A DNA stretch of 64,000 bases from an uncultured delta proteobacterium (GTDB lineage: Bacteria; Desulfobacterota; Binatia; UBA9968), in NCBI GenBank assembly GCA_963737905.1, contig CAVTUQ010000002.1:160001-224000 (forward strand), in the 5' to 3' direction. Within the stretch, counting starts at the first letter, position 1; each line of letters opens with the position of its first letter. This document shows positions 60,719 through 64,000 of this stretch, piece after piece. The notes beneath the pieces are model-generated. The model searched no databases. It was not told the DNA's origin and saw only the letters and a program-made list of their open reading frames with translations. The translations under genes and the position numbers were made by a program.

Positions 60719-63104
60719 ATGGCGGAAGAGTTCAACCCCATTCATCGGCCGCAGCATTAAACCACACAAGACGAGCCGCTTTCTCACCGGAGGCGGCGTC
60801 TACGTCAGCGATATTCGTCTTCCGAATATGCTGCATGCTGCCCTGGCGCGCAGCATTCATGCGCACGCACGCATTCTCAGCATTGATGTCGAGCAAGCGC
60901 TCCGCTTGGACGGTGTTGCCGGCGTTTGGACCGGAGATGACATCAAGGATCGAGTCGCTCTTTTTCCGGAGAGCTTCGAGATCCATCCCCGCCCATGGCT
61001 CGAAGGTGTGAAGCCAATCCTGCAGGGACCTCGACCTGCCGCTCTGGCCCATCGAAAAGTCCACTACGTTGGCGAGCCCGTGGCCATCGTCGTGGCCGAG
61101 GATCGCCATAGGGCGGAAGACGCCGTAGACGAAATCGTCGTCGAGTATGAAGCATTGCCCGTAGTCGTCGACCCTAGCGAAGCGCTAAAAGACGGCGCGA
61201 CCCTGGTCCATGACGAGTCCAAGGATAACGTCGTATTCAGCTTCAAGGTGAACAAGGGAAACGTCGATCAGTCGTTGCGCGATGCGTCCCACACTTTGCG
61301 CGAGCGTTTTCGGCACCATCGCTATTGCGCAGCGCCTCTGGAAGGCCGCGGGGTCGTGGCGTGGGTCGAACCCAAAACGAATATCCTCACCGTCTGGTCG
61401 TCGACCCAGATGCCGCATCTGGTTCGTCGTCAAATTGCTGGCCAGCTAAATCTTCCTGAAGAGACGGTCCGCGTGATTGCGCCGGATATCGGCGGCGGAT
61501 TCGGCCCTAAGGTCTTCGTCTATCCGGAGGAGATTCTCATCCCGTTTCTGGCGTTGCAGCTAGGCCGGCCGGTCAAGTGGATTGAAGACCGCCGCGAACA
61601 TTTCATCAGCACGGCTCACGGGCGCGACCAGGTCCACGACGTCGAGCTTGCGTTTGACGAAACAGGCCGGATCTTGGGGCTGCGCGATCAGTTCCTGCTG
61701 GACAACGGCGCTTACAATCCAATGGGTTTGACGGACGCATACAACACGGCGGCTCATCTCCAGGGACCATACAAAGTCCCCAATCTATCGGTCGGCGGAA
61801 CCTGTGTCTCAACCAACAAGGTGCCAAATGCGCCTTATCGAGGTGCCGGGCGTCCGGAAGCCGTGTTCGTCATGGAGCGCTGCATGGATTTGATTGCAGT
61901 GAAGTTGAGTTTGGATCCGGCGGAGGTGCGCCGGCGTAATTTCGTCCAGCCCGAGGAGATGCCGTATCATGCCGGAATTTTATATCGCGATGGTGAACCG
62001 ATTTGCTACGACAGCGGCAACTATCCGGAAACACTGGCTCGGGCGCTGAAAGCAGCAGGGTACGAAGAGCTGCGCAAACAACAACAGGAGCTGCGGCAAC
62101 GCGGACGATATCTCGGTATCGGCATCGGGTGTTACGTGGAGGGGACCGGCGTGGGTTCGTTTGAGGGTGCCAAGGTGCGCATTGATCCTTCCGGCCGGAT
62201 CGTAGTTGCGACCGGCGCAACCGGACACGGTCAAGGTCATGAAACCATTTTCGCCCAGATCGCCGCCGACCTTTGGGGAGTGAGCCCGGAAGATGTTCGC
62301 CTGGTCGAAGGCGATACCTCGTCGATACAGTTCGGCTGCGGCACGTTTGGCAGCCGGAGCACCGTCAACGTCGGCTCCGCCCTGTTCGAAGCTTCAGCGC
62401 GCTTGAAAGAAAAAGTGCTGCAGCTCGCCGCGCACTTGCTGGAAGCTAATCGCGATGATTTGGAGCTTGGCGACGGAAAAGTTTTTATCCGGGGAATGCC
62501 GCAACGATCGCTCTCGTTCAGCGAGCTGGCCCGCGCTGCGGTGCCGGGCTGGGCGTCTAAGCTTCCCGATGGGTTGGAACCGGGCCTCGAGGAAACTTTT
62601 TATTTTGTGCCCGCCACGGTGACCTGGGCCAATGCCGCCCATGTTGCGGTCATCGAGGTCGATAGTGACACCGGGGAAATCAAACTGCTCGATTATGTCG
62701 TCTCCCACGATGCGGGGAAGCTCGTCAATCCCCTGCTGGTGGAAGGGCAAATCCACGGCGGCGTCGCTCAAGGGATTGGCGCCGCGCTTTACGAAGAGAT
62801 TTGCTACGATCCCAACGGCCAATTGCTGAGCGGTAGCTTCATGGATTATCTTTTGCCCGGCTCTATGGAAGTGCCCAAGATAAAAACGGTCCATCTCGAA
62901 TCGCCTTCACCGCTCAATCCCCTGGGTATAAAAGGATTGGGCGAGGGAGGAGCGATTGCGCCTCCGGCGGCGATTGCCAACGCCTTGGCGGATGCGCTGT
63001 GCGTAGGTTCAAGTGAACGAAATTCCTCTCAGCCCCAGCCGGGTCCTGGAGATCATCTGGCGCACGTAATTCAAGAGTCCAGATATTGTTTTCGAACCAA
63101 TTGA
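60719..63104 (+). CDS. Xanthine-dehydrogenase-family Mo-binding subunit (form II CoxL/CutL-like); frameshifts at both ends
   Basis: GGGFG, PYRGAGRPE, GQGHET, FGSRS, EGQIHGG, KGLGE. Confidence 0.88.
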
Positions 63105-63144
63105 GACTGTTTGAACGGCTTGAACGATTGGAACGGAATATTAG

Positions 63145-63640
63145 ATGATCGCAAAGCTTCCTATTGAGCTGACTGTCAACGGCAAACAGTGCGAAGGACT
63201 TGTGGAGCCGCGTCTGTCTTTGGCTGACTTCCTGCGCGACCATCTAGGGCTTACCGGAACTCATCTAGGCTGCGAGCAGGGAATCTGCGGTAGCTGCACC
63301 GTTCTTTTTAATGGCGAGACCGTTCGCTCATGTCTCCTCCTCGCCGTGCAAGCAAACGGGGGAGAGTCTTGACCGTCGAGGGGTTGGCGGGATTGGCGAA
63401 AGATGGCGAGCCACTCCATCCGATTCAGCAGGGATTTTTGGAGAAGCTTGGTTTTCAATGCGGCTTTTGTACTCCGGGTTTCTTGATGACCGTCTATGAG
63501 TTACTCAACGAAAATCCTTCTCCCTCCGAAGACGGAAATACGCGAGCACTTGAGCGGTAATCTTTGCCGTTGTACCGGTTATCAGAATATCTGTTGCTGC
63601 CGTCATGTGGGCAGCGGAGCGCCTGCGGAAAACAAGCTGA
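63145..63640 (+). CDS. [2Fe-2S] subunit (CoxS-like); frameshifted
   Basis: GCEQGICGSC...C, QCGFCTPG, and NLCRCTGY in a further frame. Confidence 0.85.
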
Positions 63641-63700
63641 TGTATTGTTAATCAGCTCCGATCGTTCTGATGCAACTGGCTACGGGTAACGAACTGGCGG

Positions 63701-63772
63701 GTTCAGGGTTCAAGAGTTCAAAGGTTCAACGTCCTCTCCCACCTTGAACATTGAACTTTTGAACCCTTGAAC
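63701..63772. repeat. Inverted array of GTTCA x4 / TGAAC x4
   Basis: Read directly; would fold as a long hairpin. Confidence 0.75.
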
Positions 63773-63786
63773 ATTAGTAAAACGTA

Positions 63787-64000
63787 ATGGCGATCATTCT
63801 GCGAATCAAGGATATCGGCAAGGTCTGGCACATCGAGCGGACCAAAGAACAGGTGGTGGCGCTCGGCGGCATCAGTTTAGATGTCGAGCAAGGCGAGTTC
63901 TTGGTTTTCGTTGGACCGTCGGGTTGTGGCAAATCCACCCTCCTCCAGATCATTGCGGGATTGGAGAAACCCGGGAGCGGCACGGTCGACGTCAGCCGAT
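63787..64000 (+). CDS. NitT/TauT-type ABC ATPase, partial
   Basis: Read manually: [12 protein letters not shown]...[25 protein letters not shown]. Confidence 0.85.
   Translation, partial: MAIILRIKDIGKVWHIERTKEQVVALGGISLDVEQGEFLVFVGPSGCGKSTLLQIIAGLEKPGSGTVDVSR

Noticed and set aside
60719-63104. Bona fide aerobic CO dehydrogenase
   Set aside because: Has PYRGAGR rather than the form I AYRCSFR motif; no cox accessory genes

Overview
A GC-rich bacterial chromosomal segment, probably from a deltaproteobacterium-like lineage such as Candidatus Binatia (inferred from the xerC-hslVU-argBDFGH-lysA-dapFAB synteny and many TTT/ABC binding proteins, VOC and LLM enzymes). It contains an Mla/Pqi-type ABC system, an ORFan-rich patch (4-8.4 kb), DNA-repair genes, a tctABC transporter, a HigBA-like toxin-antitoxin pair, a large metal (probably Zn) uptake operon, an ECF sigma/anti-sigma/DUF3106/DUF1800/DUF1501 cluster, a heterodimeric ABC exporter, GlyRS, lysine and arginine biosynthesis genes, and a Mo-hydroxylase. 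More than a dozen genes, including the essential GlyRS, are frameshifted, which points to sequencing indels rather than real decay. The best candidate for a new system is a pair of paralogous ~100-aa leader ORFs (27499-27801 and 30823-31113). Each has a TM helix, HxH, a Cys motif and a C-terminal RAPP ribosome-arrest motif 43-44 residues after the Cys motif. Each sits behind a TTGACA-N17-TAGnnT-N7-GTG leaderless promoter of the same geometry. In the first copy, an anti-SD just after RAPP can pair with the SD of the first metal-uptake gene, and Fur/Zur-like boxes lie upstream. This suggests a metal-sensing translational switch related to, but distinct from, the copper-sensing DUF2946 CruR/CutF leaders. 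No tRNA, rRNA, CRISPR array or transposase was seen.
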